DNA of 62,543 nucleotides, filler included, from Platydemus manokwari (GCA_037951405.1; 5 parts of 5 records of this genome joined end to end with filler, not necessarily neighbours in it), one strand, 5' to 3'; counted from the whole stretch's first letter, positions 23,175-38,067 are shown. Made by a program: numbers and translations. The notes: generated by a model not told the origin, from the letters alone.

Positions 23175-23414
23175 TACTTAATTTTATAATGTTTTATAAT
23201 TGTAGTTCATGTTTTGGGATTTACACTCATGAGGTTTAAAAGTGATTTACATTATTTAATATCAATGGTTAGTCCAAGAGAGGGTGTTTTTTATAATAGA
23301 GAGGATGTGCTACAATCATTAGGTCTTTTAGGCCATTCAGGTTGGTGGGTGGTCCATTAAATCATTCTCTAAATCTGGAGTGTGATTGGTACCTATATCT
23401 ACACATACTATGGC

Positions 23415-23514
23415 NNNNNNNNNNNNNNNNNNNNNNNNNNNNNNNNNNNNNNNNNNNNTTAATTAATTAANNNNNNNNNNNNNNNNNNNNNNNNNNNNNN
23501 NNNNNNNNNNNNNN
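23415..23514. other. Assembly spacer/gap
   Basis: N44-TTAATTAATTAA-N44. Confidence 0.97.
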
Positions 23515-23599
23515 TATAATAGACATTAAAATTGAATAATGTGAAGTTATACATTTATTTTCAACAGATAAAAATCTTCACTAGAACAGTTCAAAGCGC

Positions 23600-24000
23600 A
23601 ATGAAAAACAGGTTCACCTTTTTAAAACACTTATTTACACTTGCTGAAAACGCTGCACTTTAAATATAATACTAGCAGCGTAGTACTTGCACACCCGAAG
23701 TTTTAAATGCTCGTTAAATTATTGAAAACTCACCAATAATTAGTGTTATTCTTTTGATATTTTTGAATATTGAAAGAGTTTCATTTAAAAGGTTTCGATA
23801 TCAAGTGGGATTGCTCATTCCCTATACATACGTTGTCTTGAAGCACGTATTCTGCCAAACTAAAATCGTCGTTTCTCAACGATTCTAATTGGTTTTGATC
23901 ATTGAAACGTGGATTCCAAGGTGGCAAGACTCGCCATTTGGACGATATTCTGCTATACTCGATAACATTTAGCCGTTAATTTTGAAGGCGATAGTAAAAA
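23600..24000 (-). mobile_element. Degenerate CR1/L2-like LINE 3' RT remnant
   Basis: Broken minus-strand translation with EYS..PWNP....QLES, resembling the LEY.S.VWNP...LESVQRR block; contains frameshifts and stops. Confidence 0.35.
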
Positions 24001-24944
24001 TTATATGAAATATAACTTAACCTCTACTTCTTTTCTACAAATTTATAAGTTATGCATACTTACAAAGGATTTTTTGCTCTGTATTTTTAATGTTTTCAAG
24101 TTCTGATCAATAAGCGTTTTATTATAAAGTTTTTAGTCCCCATTTTGGGATATATTTGCTATACAAAAGATTTATATCATATGTCCACTAAATTTATTAT
24201 AAAATTTTGGTCATTAACTGTTCTAGCTTAGTTAATATTGTCACTAATCATTGTGCATTAATCTTTAAATATAATGAAAATAGTTATTAGATCATTATCA
24301 TTGGATACACATTAAAATAGTTTACAAAACATAATTAGTGCCTTGGATTATCTATTATTAGACTGAAAATAATAAACATAATAAGAATAAGCTTCATTAA
24401 AAGCGACACATAACACAACCATGGCAGACTACTATGTCATTGAGACTTGCTTTTCCGAGCTTTTTCTTAATATCAGACTAGAAACCAAGCATTGTTCGTA
24501 GCAATATCTGGAAAGGTTTAATTCGAACAATTACATAAATCGTAGGATTAATTTATTTTAAACACCAAACTGTAATGATATCTAATGTTTCCAAAATTAT
24601 CATGACATATATTGGTGATATCGACTACTGAGCATTCTTTAGAAATTAGATCTCAATCCAACTTTGATCTTTAATTTCTAATACAAAATCCATCTTTGAA
24701 AACATTGATGATATTTCACCTTGAACAAGACAGAATGAACTTTTGAAGCTTTCTATATTTTAAGCAAATCAAACAAAATCCAATTTATTTTAAAATTTTG
24801 AAGAGGCTTAACATTAGAATTTAAATAACAAATCGATAAAAATTAAAATTTCAAAATTATTTCTAAAGTAAAACTCAAAATTGGCTATTAAAATTAATTA
24901 TTCTAATTTATTGAAACGTAAATTTTCAAAAGATTTGTAGAAAT

Positions 24945-27900
24945 TTAATCTTCAAAATTCGTTATGGTTGGCACCGAAATTATGTTTCTGTTCTCAGAAT
25001 TCAAAATTTGCTCATCTATCTGTATTATTCGTAATGAATTTGTCGATCCAGTGCCTGGAGTTGTTCCAGTAACCACTATAATATTATCGTTGAGTCTAAT
25101 AAATGCTCTTTTCAACGCATAATCAATTGTAAAATTGATTCTTTTATCCATGTCGTCTACCCATTTATCCATGGACTGTTCTATAAATCGACAAAAATTA
25201 ACGAATTTTCCGAATTAAATAAAGACCTGTGAATAAAATCGGATGAAGACCTCTCCACAAATTACACTGTCTAGCTACAACGGGGTTTTTCGTTATTGTA
25301 AGAATCGGACATGTCGGACGGTATTTGGAAATAAGCTTTGCTGATCGACCGGTTGTAGTTACAACAATTATAGCAGCAGCATGACATCTCTGAGCGGCTT
25401 CGACTGCCGCAATAGCTATGCTATGTGTCTTATCGATCGGGATTTCTATTGTTGCTTTAATATCTTCAAAGAATTTAGGTTGAAAAAACAAATTTTCAGC
25501 TTCACGGCATATCCTGTCCATCATTTGCACTGCTTCAACTGGATAAAGACCTTTTGCACTTTCACCAGACAACATAACGCAGTCTGATCCTTCTAGAACA
25601 GCATTACCCACATCAGCTACTTCGGCTCTAGTTGGTCGAGACTTCACGATCATAGATTCGAGCATATGTGTAGCACAAATAACGGACTTTCCAGCAACAT
25701 TACATAGGCCAACCATCATTTTTTCTGCAGTCGTAATTTTCTCAGACGGGATTTCAATGCCTAAGTCTCCTCGGGCGACCATGATTCCATCACTTGCTTC
25801 AAGAATTTCCTTAAATCTATACAAATAAAACCAATATTACAATGTCTGAATATTTTATAATTTATAAAGTGATTTTAATTTCTTTATTGAGTGATTATTA
25901 TTATTAAGGAATAAGCTTATTATTATTATTAAAATTATTTGACAAATTAATCACGAAAATATTAATGATCAAATCAATCACAATGTTGGATGATTCATGT
26001 TACCATGACAATCAGGCAGATTTTCATAGGAACATCGAAAACTCTAGTATGGTATGGGAATTCGAAAAAGAATGCCAGTCAATCATAATAAAGAAATGAG
26101 TGGTATAAATGTCCATTAATCAAATAGAAATCTGAAGAAAATTTCCATTGTAGCTAATTTACCAGAAAATCAATCAACGTAGTTCTACGCATAGTCATAC
26201 CATATTCCAATGAAATGAGAAATAATACTTGTATGGAATCAGTATCAGCTCGGAAATTAATGCCATTATATTGGTTGATTCACTCAGAATGAATGAATCT
26301 ATGCAAGTAAATTTAATTTATTATTAATCATCAGCAACATTTCTCGAAAGAAGAACAGTAAAATTAATCAATATTGTTATATTTTTTATATCTCTGATAC
26401 AATATTCTTTTGTTTCTGTCGAATTCGAAGTCCCATTAAACATTATTGATTGATCACAGTCTACTGAAGTAATTTATTGATGATATTCTAGATGCTATTT
26501 GTTTATTGGTCGTTTAGAGTATCACTACTAACTTTGCTCCATGTTGAAACACTTTTAAATTTTGTTTTTCAAGTGAAAATTTTTTATTTAGCGCCTAATA
26601 TTAATAGGTTCCTTTATTAGAGGAAAATTTTGTTGGTGCTAAATTCTGGATAATCAAATAATTACTGAGACAAAAAATCGAAGGATACAAGCTTTATTAT
26701 ACGTGCAAATCAGTACGACTCTAAAACTCAATACAATATCTCAAAAATGCAACAAAAGCTGGGCTTCCAACTGGCATTTGGCCATCTCTACATCAGTATT
26801 TTTACTCTAGATCTGTGTGCAATTTCTGTATCAAGTTTGTAACACATTTTGATTTATCTTTAATTTCTCATGTTTCCATTGGACTTGTTGGTTTTTCTTA
26901 TGCAGAATTGGTCAATCCTTATGTATGTGTTGCTGTGTGACTATTTCACCTTTTCAAATTAACGTTTTCCATTTAAGTCTGCTCTTATTGGTTGATTACC
27001 ATGCCTTGATGGTTGTGTAAGCATGCAAATTGTTAAAGTGCTAAAACAAGTGCAAATTCGTTTTTCTTTTGCAAGATTTCGTCTTACCCAAAAAATTTTC
27101 AAAATCACATCTGACCTCTTCCCATATTTATTTATTATAGTTCCTCTCGAAATCATTGCGTGAAAGTTTTTTTTGAGGCCACAATACTTATTCAGTGTTA
27201 TAAATTCAATAGCTTCACATATTTGATATTCTTGCTAATCGTTTTGTGAATTAAAGTTTTTATTTACATTCTCTTATATATATAACGGTCGTATCAGTTA
27301 ACAAAATAGGACTAATTTATAGCACAAATCCATACCAGCTTAGAATCATTTTATAGATGTTATTAAAATTACTCCACGAAGAGTACGGTTTCTACTTCTA
27401 TCGTACACATCACCAAATAGTTAGCAATAGAATGATGTAGTTCAATTTTACGGCTGGACTAACACATATAGATTCTTTGACATAAATATTCTTACTTGTT
27501 CATTCTTCATGTTGAAATATCTAAATACCTTGTTTTACTTTTTACTCAATTGTATCTGTATTCATAGATTTATAAACTCTTATAATTTCAATGTTTCTTA
27601 TTGCAATTGATTATTTCCTTAAATTAAGTATTGTTACAATCAAAGTGTTCTTTTGTTTCAAACAATATTTCCTAAAGTCATACATTGTCTAAATTATTTA
27701 AAAAAAATCTCTTTATACCTTTTCATTATTTATCTCGGTTGTTTTACTCTTAATTGATAATTTACAAAATTATCTTTTTAAAATTTTATTGCCGTTGAGA
27801 CGTACTTATCAGATCCAAGACAAAAGGTTAAACGAATTTCAACATATCTGTATTTAATATCTTGTTGGGGTTATTAAAAAGGATGAAGGTTGCAAAATAT

Positions 27901-30641
27901 ATATTTTCGATGAAAGGTACATTCTTCAGCAAGCAACCACTATAAACACTAAACTCCAACAAAAATTCTATGCAGATTGGGTCACTACTGGCAATAGGTA
28001 ATCTTTTCATCGTCCTGTATACTTGGAGTCTGCGTGTGTCTCAATTTAATTTGTCTTTTTAGTTTTCCACCTTTAATTAGGTCCATCGATTTGCCATGTA
28101 CGGGCTTAGTCAGTCTCTGCTCGTTTTGCTATTTAGTTATACCCCTTCTTTTAAATTGAAATCTTCAGTACTATCATTTTTGATTGGCTGGCTACAAGGC
28201 CTGTGTGACTGTGTAGGCATGTACGTATATAAAACGTCGAAACAAGGATTGCAAAGTTTAAAAACCACATTTTTGCTTGACCATTGTGTTGACTCAACTT
28301 GTTCATTGTCAGACAGCATCATTCTTGGAAAAAGTTTTTGACAAAATAATTCCATTTTAATTATAATGACAAATTAAAGATTGTCTTTTTTTGCAACTCG
28401 ACTCTAGAGAGCAATTAAATATATATATGTAAAACTTCATTAATATTAAAGAACTTAAAATACAAATATTTAAATAAAAATCTCAGAAATACATGAAAAA
28501 TATTAATTTGATCTATAATTTAGAAAAAAAATAAATAAATTTTTCATTTCAATTAACAAATCTAAATTAAATAATTTTAATAAAATAAATAATTACACTG
28601 TTGGGTATTAATAATTAGTGGAAAGGTTGATTATTGCATTTTATTATTCTATTAAATTGTAGAAATCAATCAAAATTTTTATTAATCTCCAAAGATCCAA
28701 GTCTTGTTCAAATAAACCTATTGAAGAATGATCAGCTCAAATAAAATATATATTTTTAAAATATAGTTCATCAATCCTAATAAAATTACAGTACAACATT
28801 GGATAGATTCCATAGTAGAAAATATTCAGTCATGAAAAAGATAGAAAGTTATATTTTAAATCTATTTATAGATTTCATTGAAAAATCTATACGATGTTTA
28901 TTATTTTTCTAACACGTATTTGTGTGTGACGTCAACTGTTTGTTTTAATAACTACTTTTTATAAATATTATTAAATAAGACACCACGAACAAGAAGAAAC
29001 AAATAATTTGATCATCGAAAATTCTGCAAATTCAAATTCACGTTACGTTTAATTTTAAAAATATTTCTGTGTTGTAATTCATGAGCTTTTCATTCCTCCA
29101 GTTATATTCCCATTATTTAAATGTAAGGCACACATTTATTTTGCCATTATTATTGTCTATTTGTGTCGTTCTATAATGAAAAAATCAATAAAGGTCTGAC
29201 TTTCATACAACTACTTAGCAACATATTTAAACACAATTATTACCCTCAATCATTCTCTATTCAAAATGCAAAAACAATTGAGTTTTTTAGCTAAAGAATT
29301 AATAATAAAACTACTAGCAAAAAACAAATTTCATTTTCATTGGCTTCTTCGTAATTGCCTTGTTGCTTAGCAACTCCGTAAATGTTCTACAATATCGCTT
29401 TATGAAATGTTAAAGACCCTTATAATGTGACATTCTAAATATTTTTTTTCATCTTATGCATTGATTCTTCCTTTCCGATTTTCATTTCAATCGAAATTTT
29501 TTTTAAGATTTAATAGCATATTTCGACAGCAAATATTGTAAACACTATTTTGGTGTTCCTTGAATCATGTCAAACACATTAAAGTGAAATCAATAGTGTG
29601 CTGTCCTTTTTCCAAATATCAGCGAAGATATCTGAAAGCAAGATTTCATTAAAAATTTACCTCTTTACACCTTCGTGATTTTCAATTTTCGAAATTATGA
29701 GAATGTCTTTGCCTTTTTCCCCTAAAATATCTCTGATTACCTTCAGAGATTGAGCATTTCTGATAAACGAAGCGAAAATTATATCGACCTAAATGTAAAT
29801 TTTCAAGATGATAATTAAACCAATTAATTTACATTATGCTCCACTCCGAACAGTAAGTCAGATTTATCCTTTTCAGAAACTGCTGGTAAATCCACAATGA
29901 TTCCAGGAAGGTTGACACCTTTTTTCGAACCCAGTTGACCCCCATTCTCAATTCGACACATTAAATAATCACTACCTATCGTAAATGAAGCTATCAACAT
30001 TATGAAAATAAAAAATCTAATTTATTGACCTTTTTCTTCCACAACTAAACATATCAACCCATCGTCAATAAAAATGCGATTATCAACTTTTAAAATTTGG
30101 AAAATGTTCTTGTAATCTAACCACAGCACATTCTCATCACATTTTCGGAAATATTCATCATCCGTTACAATTTTTATTTTATTTCCTTTCACCAATGTCA
30201 CACTACCTACTTCTTTACCGTGTATAAGACCAGTTCTTATCTCAGGACCTTTCGTATCCAGTGCTATGGCAACAGGCACCGCATACGGCTTATATGTATT
30301 GATAGCTTCTCTTACAAGCTTTATTGTTTTTGAATGTTCTTCCTGTGTACCATGGCTAAAATTGAGCCTTGCAATAGTCATTCCTGATGCTATCATTTTG
30401 TGTAGAATAGGAATCGAACTGCAAGCTGGCCCTATATCCATCAACCTGATAAAATATATAAATATTTAAGAATCTTACCGATAGTACATATTATTCCGGT
30501 ATTACGAAAAATCTTAGGTTCGTTGTCAATATTATAGTTTGCTAATAATTCCATATTTGTTTGATATTGATTGTTCACCCAATGATTTTCTTTGGTATAA
30601 TAATTACCAGTTATCTGATCTCCTCGATTGTTAGCTGCCAT
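24945..30641 (-). CDS. PK: Pyruvate kinase paralogue A, 6 exons, 553 aa
   Basis: Exons 30641-30479, 30431-30030, 29975-29833, 29788-29661, 25816-25227, 25180-24945 (1662 nt, GT-AG, in frame). Motifs [55 protein letters not shown]. Confidence 0.95.
27500..28355 (-). mobile_element. Degenerate non-LTR retrotransposon ORF1-like remnant in PK-A intron 4 (one of ~5 related dispersed copies)
   Basis: Decayed Cys-containing N-terminus (LCNPCF) followed by a basic RLNG...KNNRDK region; related segments at ~8540, 26907, 31135 and 61957. Confidence 0.35.
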
Positions 30642-33094
30642 CGATAAATAACAAACCAATAAAATGAAAAACTTTCTCACAAAAACTTATTTATATAACT
30701 TGAAGTCAAAAAATAACAAAATAGTTGAAGCGATGACAAGCTAATTTTTAAGAATTCAGTACACCTACAGTAGTGATTTTAATAGAGTACAATAGATGTG
30801 GTTGTAAATAAATATTACTCATTTTTCTTTCATGCATATATTAATTCTAAATTTGATTTTAAAAATATCAACAACATTTTGTAGAAGTTCTAACTTCGAA
30901 TATCATCATATCTCAAATATAAATTTTAAAATTTTATCTTTTATCTTAAAACTTGAAATGAATTTTTATAAGATAATAATTGTTTTTTATATTTTGTAAT
31001 TCATTTTTAAATGCATTGGACAACTTCATTTTACAGGATCGATGTCACTAGTTTTTTGTACTATCTTGTATCATGTTTTGATTCGATCTTTGTTTTTCCA
31101 TGTTCCTACTGGGTTTTGTTTTTGCATTAGTGGGATTGATCAATCCTTATTTGTGCGTTGTTGTGTGGCTATGATTCTTTTTCCAATTGTCGTTTACCGC
31201 CTAACTTTACTATGATTGGCTGGTTGGTATGTGTACATGTTTGGGTAGGCATGCAAATGTTTAAAGTGCTTAAACAAGGGTTGCAAGATGCAAATCCGTT
31301 TTTCTTTATGCGGGATTTCATATCACTGAACACATCTTTTGCCACTATTACCGTAAGATCGTATTGTTAACAAGTAATGAAATAAAAATAATAATAATCT
31401 TTTCGAGACTTCGAAACTAACATCAACAATTCTATTTCGTAATCCCCGTCGGTGTCTCTACACAAAACATATATGTCTGTATGGATTTTTGAGAATAGCT
31501 TTTCTATTATTAAACAAATCAATCAGTAATTAGTAAAATAATAATTTGAATAGAATGTTCAAGGGGCTCCAGGAAACCCAAAATTTTTGACAACGAATTA
31601 ATTATAAACATCATTGACCTCAGATTAAAGCTAAAGATTCCAACTGAGCTTCTAGTAAAGCAATCCCAAGTGAGAAAGGAAATGTGATTAGATTTTACCA
31701 TTATGAAATTCACAAGATGTTGAATTAAGGAAAGTTATTTGAATAATCATGTTTGAAAATTTCAAAACGATTTTTGATATATTTGACGACTGTCTTCTAT
31801 GAATGAGTTCTTCTATATATAAAGATTAAACTATAATTTTTAATACACAAATATGTTTTTCCCAGCTTATTAATTTCCATGTACTTCTAAAGCCTTCTCA
31901 AATATTTACCAGGCATGGATAACAAGCGTAAATTAGACGTTGACTGACAGTTTCCAACGAAAATATATTAGCCAGCACTTTGTTACAGTTGTTTATCAAA
32001 TCAATATGTTTTGCACGGTTCATTAATTACAAAGGTCTTCTACACGAACCTGGTAGTTTCGGTTCATCTATTATATTGAATTAATTTACTAAGGTTTATA
32101 GCAGCTTTATCAAATTATTAAATAGCTTTCAGGTATTGATTAATTCATAATTTAATAATGAAAATCAATTAAATTAATTACCTATTCCAAATAAAAAGAA
32201 ATGACGTATAAAATACTTAAGTATGTCTGCGATTTCAAGGGACTATTAATAAAATGACGAGCTATATTTTCAGTTTTTATGGAGTTCAACAACAATATAA
32301 ATGGTATGTATTCTAAATATTTCACCATAATCTTAATGAATGATAATTGGATAGAAATCATTTAGTAAAATTATTTTTGCTAATGATTTCCAATCGATAT
32401 TGCTTTTATAAATTCTTTATTAAATTGAAGTCGCCCATTTTTGGAACAATTCCGGTGTCTGGAAATTCATTCACTTCCATCGATTAATAAAGAATTTTAA
32501 ACCCATTTACCGGAGCTATGTTAATTTGGGGTTAAAATCATACTTGTTAATCCAGAACTCAACTACATTGATTTCTAAATTTGATGTGAGATGAAAATTC
32601 TAATGTTAGCAGACATTGGCTTACATTTCCATTGATTTAACCAAACTGGGAATATTGAGATGAATTATTCAATAATCTATAAATATAAATTTCATTCCGA
32701 AATGTCTTCTTGAAATTCTCATGCTAATTCAAATTTAGAATACAGATTCAGTGCCTCGATATTTATTTTTAAAAAATAATCAATAACTCTTCGGATATTA
32801 AGAGTCAATATTTTCTGTTGTCGATTCACGGTTCAGAAAGACCAGAAATAAAATTATCGTCAATAATCGTAGGACAATATTATTCAAAAATCATTCCATG
32901 TTACCAGATAGATATATAAATGAAAACAAAAATAAAAACAACGATTACATATTACAAAATCAATTAAATCAAAAATTACTTCTACTGTAAAAAATAAACA
33001 AAAAACTCAATTCTATAACTTTATTTTCAAAAAACCAAAATTTAAATCATGAAATATACGTTGATTTTAAATTTCAAGTCCAGAGAAAGAAAAA

Positions 33095-36000
33095 TTAGTC
33101 CTCAAATTGTGCTATAGCAGGAACGCTAACAATCTGTCTTACACCTGAATGAAGTTCATCCTCTTCAAATTGCACTATCCTCATAGTATTGGTTGAACCA
33201 ACTCCAGCTTTCCAACCAGTTACAATGATAACAAAGTCATTCATTCTAAGGAATCCCCTTCGAGATGCATAATCAAATGCATAATGTATTCTACGATCCA
33301 TGTCTTCCGTCCAGTCGGAAATACGTTTCTCTAAATCAAATTGAATAGAAAATCCATGTTGAAAACAATACCAGTATAATAAATTGGATGAAGACCTCTC
33401 CAAAGATGACTCTGACGGGCTGTTATTGGGCGTCTCGTAATCGTTAAAATTGGGCACGTAGGACGATATTTAGATATTAAATGAGCAGAACGACCAGTAG
33501 TAGTGATAACAATTATTACGGCAGCATGACAACGTTGAGCAGCTTCAACAGCAGCCACGGCTGTGCTGTGTGTTTGATCAGTTGGGCCATCGATGGTATG
33601 CTTTATCGCCTCGAAAAATCTACTTTGAAATACGACATTCTCGGCTTCACGACAAATACTATGCATCACTTGAACTGCCTCAAGAGGATAATGACCTTTG
33701 GCCGTTTCACCTGATAACATAACACAATCTGCGCCATCCAAAACCGCATTGGCTACATCACTAATTTCAGCTTGCGTGGGACGTTTCTTTGTAATCATTG
33801 ATTCCAGCATTTGCGTAGCACAAATAACGGGTTTTCCTGCCCGATTACACCGCCCAATCATCATTTTCTGAGCCAAAACCACTTTTTCAGGAGGAATTTC
33901 TATTCCCAAATCACCTCTAGCAACCATTATACCATCACTAGCTTCAAGAATCTCATCAAACCTGATGAATATAGATATGAATTTTTAGTTAAAATATAAC
34001 AGAAATTATTATCTCAGCTATAACAAGCATCTTATTAATTTATTTATAGGATAATTAATCTTGTAAATAGAGATTCCGAAAAATAATGCTATTATATAAT
34101 TCATGGATTATAAGCCATTATAATTGAAATATAATAAAAAAATAATTTCAAATTGATGATAATGATAAATTTTGAATGATAATCATGAAATAATACGTTT
34201 AATAAAATGGTTGCCGATAAACATCCTGGTTGATGCACCGATTATATTTTCGTTTGGTTTTGCAATTTCTACCAAATTTCATTTTCCGAAACAAGTAAAA
34301 ACGATAATTTTAATCTTCACAAGAATATTGTAAATAATGTTTAGCTCGTATTTAAAAGAAAAAGTCTTCCTCAACTCGATAATTAACAAAAAACGGTATA
34401 AAATATTAATACTAAACTGACGATAAATCATTGTTTTCTGATAGCAATACCAAATACTATTTTCGCCTATTTCTCCATTTCACATTATAAACACAAATAT
34501 TATTTGAACTTATAGATTTTAAATAAAAATACTGTTAAAACCAGATCCCAAATTGGATAATTTTATCATTGCTAACTATAATTTGAGAAGTGAAATACAT
34601 TCGTACTTTTCAACTTCCTTCCGTTGATATCAACCTCATAACAATTATGTTTATAAATGACATCAATTTGTATTCACATAGTACACAAATAAATACAATC
34701 AATCATTAAAAACCCACAGTCAAAATATAAACTCAATGGTTCAATATAAAAAATTCAATCCAAATTTAAACTCTAAAATTGACCATCTTACAAAAGAATT
34801 GCTGTATTCTAACAGATATCTTTCATATCTCGAATCAAGGTGTAATAAATATAATATCAATGGCGCCATAATCAATTGTAAATGTTTTCAAATTTAACTT
34901 TAAATCAGATATTGACAAAATGATGTGCACATTATTTAATAGACTTCGAATACATCTAATGTGTTTATTCGATTCGAATACTTGGACTTTGAAATATCTG
35001 ATATAGTCAATAGAACATGTTCAGATATGGCCATAACGATCATGAAAATCACTTGAAAACTGTTAACTACAATTATCTTATTTATAACCTCAATTCGTTA
35101 AGAATTATTATCGTATTTCAGATATTTGATGTAAGTAATTGGTTCAGACAATAGATTGTTAGATAAATGTTTATTTAAAACCTTGTGATTGACTTTAACA
35201 TGGTCGATATCTGTGAAAAAGGAGCCATTTAATCAAAGAAATTATTTTCAACGTTGCAAATGATTTTATTGGATGAATAGTAAATTGCAAGTCGATTTCC
35301 AAAAGCATCCATTACAAAAGAGAAATATATAAAAATATCAAACTAAAAAGTGGTAGAAAAAATGAGATATTCCCGATATTGAGTTCAATTCAGGTCAAAT
35401 GAAACACAATAATGAACCTGGACTCAGACAATTCTGAGTCAAAACAATTAGATTTTGTTGAATTATGAATCTAATACAAGGATTCCAATGGAGTGATAAA
35501 TATTCGAGATAATTAAAAGCAAAGAATCTTAGAATCGAACAGACACTTAAGATCAATTGAAATTATAAAAATAGACCCATAACTGTTTATCGGCCTCTCA
35601 TTTGTCTCAAAAACCACTAAAGAACTTCCAAATATCACCGAAAGTTTGGACTTTTACTTATCAAGCTAGAAACAACATACTTTGGCTGAATTATACACCT
35701 TATTTTTTAAAATGAACAAATCTACACTTTACCGAAGATGTAATACCGCACAGAAAACGGATGGTCATATTTTTATTCACTGTCTAGTGGTTTTTGATCT
35801 TGCATCTAAAAGATATGCCACTACATTGGATCATCACGAGGACTACTTACAAATTCGGACTGGACACCAAAACCGACACAATTGCGCCCTAATCCAATAC
35901 CAAACTTCACCCGGACCTAATAATCGGAAACAAAGCAAAATGATAGGCTTTCATTATCAACCAGAAAATTCCTTTAGATATTGCCAACAATTTTGAAAGC

Positions 36001-38067
36001 CATCGCTATCTCAACTAGGAGAAGTATCGAAATATTGCGTTGGAGATCCAAGTGAAAACTCGTTTTGATACAACTCTGGGCGTGATTTACTTTGGAGTGT
36101 TCGGCTTTTGCGACCCAAAAAACAATAAATTCCTTTTAAGCATTGGTCTCGACAAGTAAAAATCAATTTCATATCCGGATTTCTGATTAGTGTTTTACTC
36201 AGAGACTCCTTCTCCACATACAAGGCTCACAAGAATCTGAGAAAGCTGAAACATCCATCTTGATCACGGGCTTTGAATACAATTCCAAAGCAACAAACTC
36301 CAACAAATATCATCAAATAACCTAGCTATACTAAAAAAATGAGGGAATTCATATTTGAATGAACCTCTTGAAGAATTTATGGATTAAAGAAACTTTGTAT
36401 ATATTGTAAAGAAAATGTGACGACATGTGTCAGCGCATCGCCATTTATGTTTATGTTAAATAAATTTTAGTTTTATTTTGGAAATAGGATTATGTTCAAC
36501 GCTGATTTTGATAAACAACGTATATATTCTGTTTAATTTGATAATCCGAATATAAGAGAAATAATTATGTCATTGTCTGTTATCAATTTTTACTTTAAAT
36601 TTTATAATTACCAAAAGAATGTCGTGAAAATACGTTGCTTTTTGAAAAAAAAAATAATTTAATTTCTTCATTTAATATAAATTTCATTAAAAAAAATTTA
36701 ACAAAGTAGCAGCAAATACATGCATTTTCAGAAATTTTCTTTACAATATGAATATATTCTGCCTATCAACCATGAATAACGATTAACTAGATATTGATGA
36801 AATTAATTCTAATTTCTCATTGCTCAGTTATCAATGATTCCATGAATCGCTAAACAATGACTCATGCGGTTGGAATATACTTGTACTAGAGTTGTAGAAA
36901 AATCAATACTCACCTGTCCATGTATCAAGGTATGCATTTGCTTTCATATCAAATAATAATTAGAATAAAAATTTACAATTTATAATGCGAAAATATCTGA
37001 GTAGATGTTCGAATTAAAATATATAAAATGATATCGCGATATAAAATGAAAATTACTGGAAAAATTCACAAAAAGCTATTAATATTCACCTTTGAACACC
37101 TTCTAGATTTTCGATTTTTGATATTACCAAAATATTCTTGCCCTTTTCGCCAAGAATTGCTCTTATTTCTCTAATAGCATCACCACTTCTAATAAAAGAT
37201 GCAAACACAATGTCAACCTAACAAATTAATTGTGAATAATAATCATCTGAAAATCCATTGTTACATTATGTTCTACACCAAAAATTAAATCCTTTTTATC
37301 TTTTTCCGACACAGCAGGTAAGTCAACTTTGGCTCCAGGAAGATTTACGCCTTTTTTAGAACCCAACGAGCCTCCATTTTCAATTTCACAAAGCAAATAA
37401 TCATCGCCTATTTTCACAAATAATTTAATATTGGTTGGTATTTATTTCAATTTACCTTTTTCAACAACAATTACATTTATTAATCCATCGTCAATGAATA
37501 TACTGCTACCGACGTCCAAAATGTTTACAATGTTCTTATAATCCAACCACAAAACGTCTTCATTGCAGATTTCAGAATATTTATCATCGATTACAATTTT
37601 TATTTTGTTTCCCTTCACTAAATTTACCGTCGCTGACCCACTGCCATTGATCAAACCAGTTCTTATTTCAGGACCCTTCGTATCAAGTGCTATTGCAACT
37701 GGTCTGTAATAAGGCTTAAATGTATCAACTGCTTCTCTTACTAATTGAATTGTCTTGGAATGATATTCATGAGTTCCGTGACTAAAATTTAATCTCGCTA
37801 CATTCATTCCAGCAGCAATCATCTTGTGGAGAATAGTCACAGATTGGCAAGCAGGTCCTTACATAAACATTTTTATCAATATGATGTTAATTTTTACAAT
37901 TTACCGATTGTGCAAATTATTCCTGAGCTACGGATCACACTTGGGTCTTCATTGATGTTAAGTTTAGACATGTGCTCCAAATTTGTTCGATAATCTTTGT
38001 TATCTAAGCGTTGCCTTTGAATAAAATAGCTCGTAGGCTCAAAATATTTGGAACTATTTGAAATCAT
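33095..38067 (-). CDS. PK: Pyruvate kinase paralogue B, 6 exons, 553 aa
   Basis: Exons 38067-37905, 37857-37456, 37407-37265, 37217-37090, 33961-33372, 33330-33095; exon lengths are identical to paralogue A. Motifs [47 protein letters not shown]. Confidence 0.95.

Larger units (their letters stand above)
15737..23414 (-). mobile_element. Ty3/Gypsy unit B (3' part: degenerate pol junction, integrase, long 3' region, PPT), interrupted by Tigger; 5' end cut by the gap
   Basis: Integrase homologous to unit A and a PPT abutting the shared LTR. A pol-like IPKHELQL remnant lies on the far side of the Tigger insertion (~23197-23220). Confidence 0.85.

Noticed and set aside
34500-36350. ORFs 35682-35996 and 36011-36223 in PK-B intron 4 as nested genes
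   Set aside because: No coherent motifs; only scattered hints of decayed LINE sequence, too weak to call.
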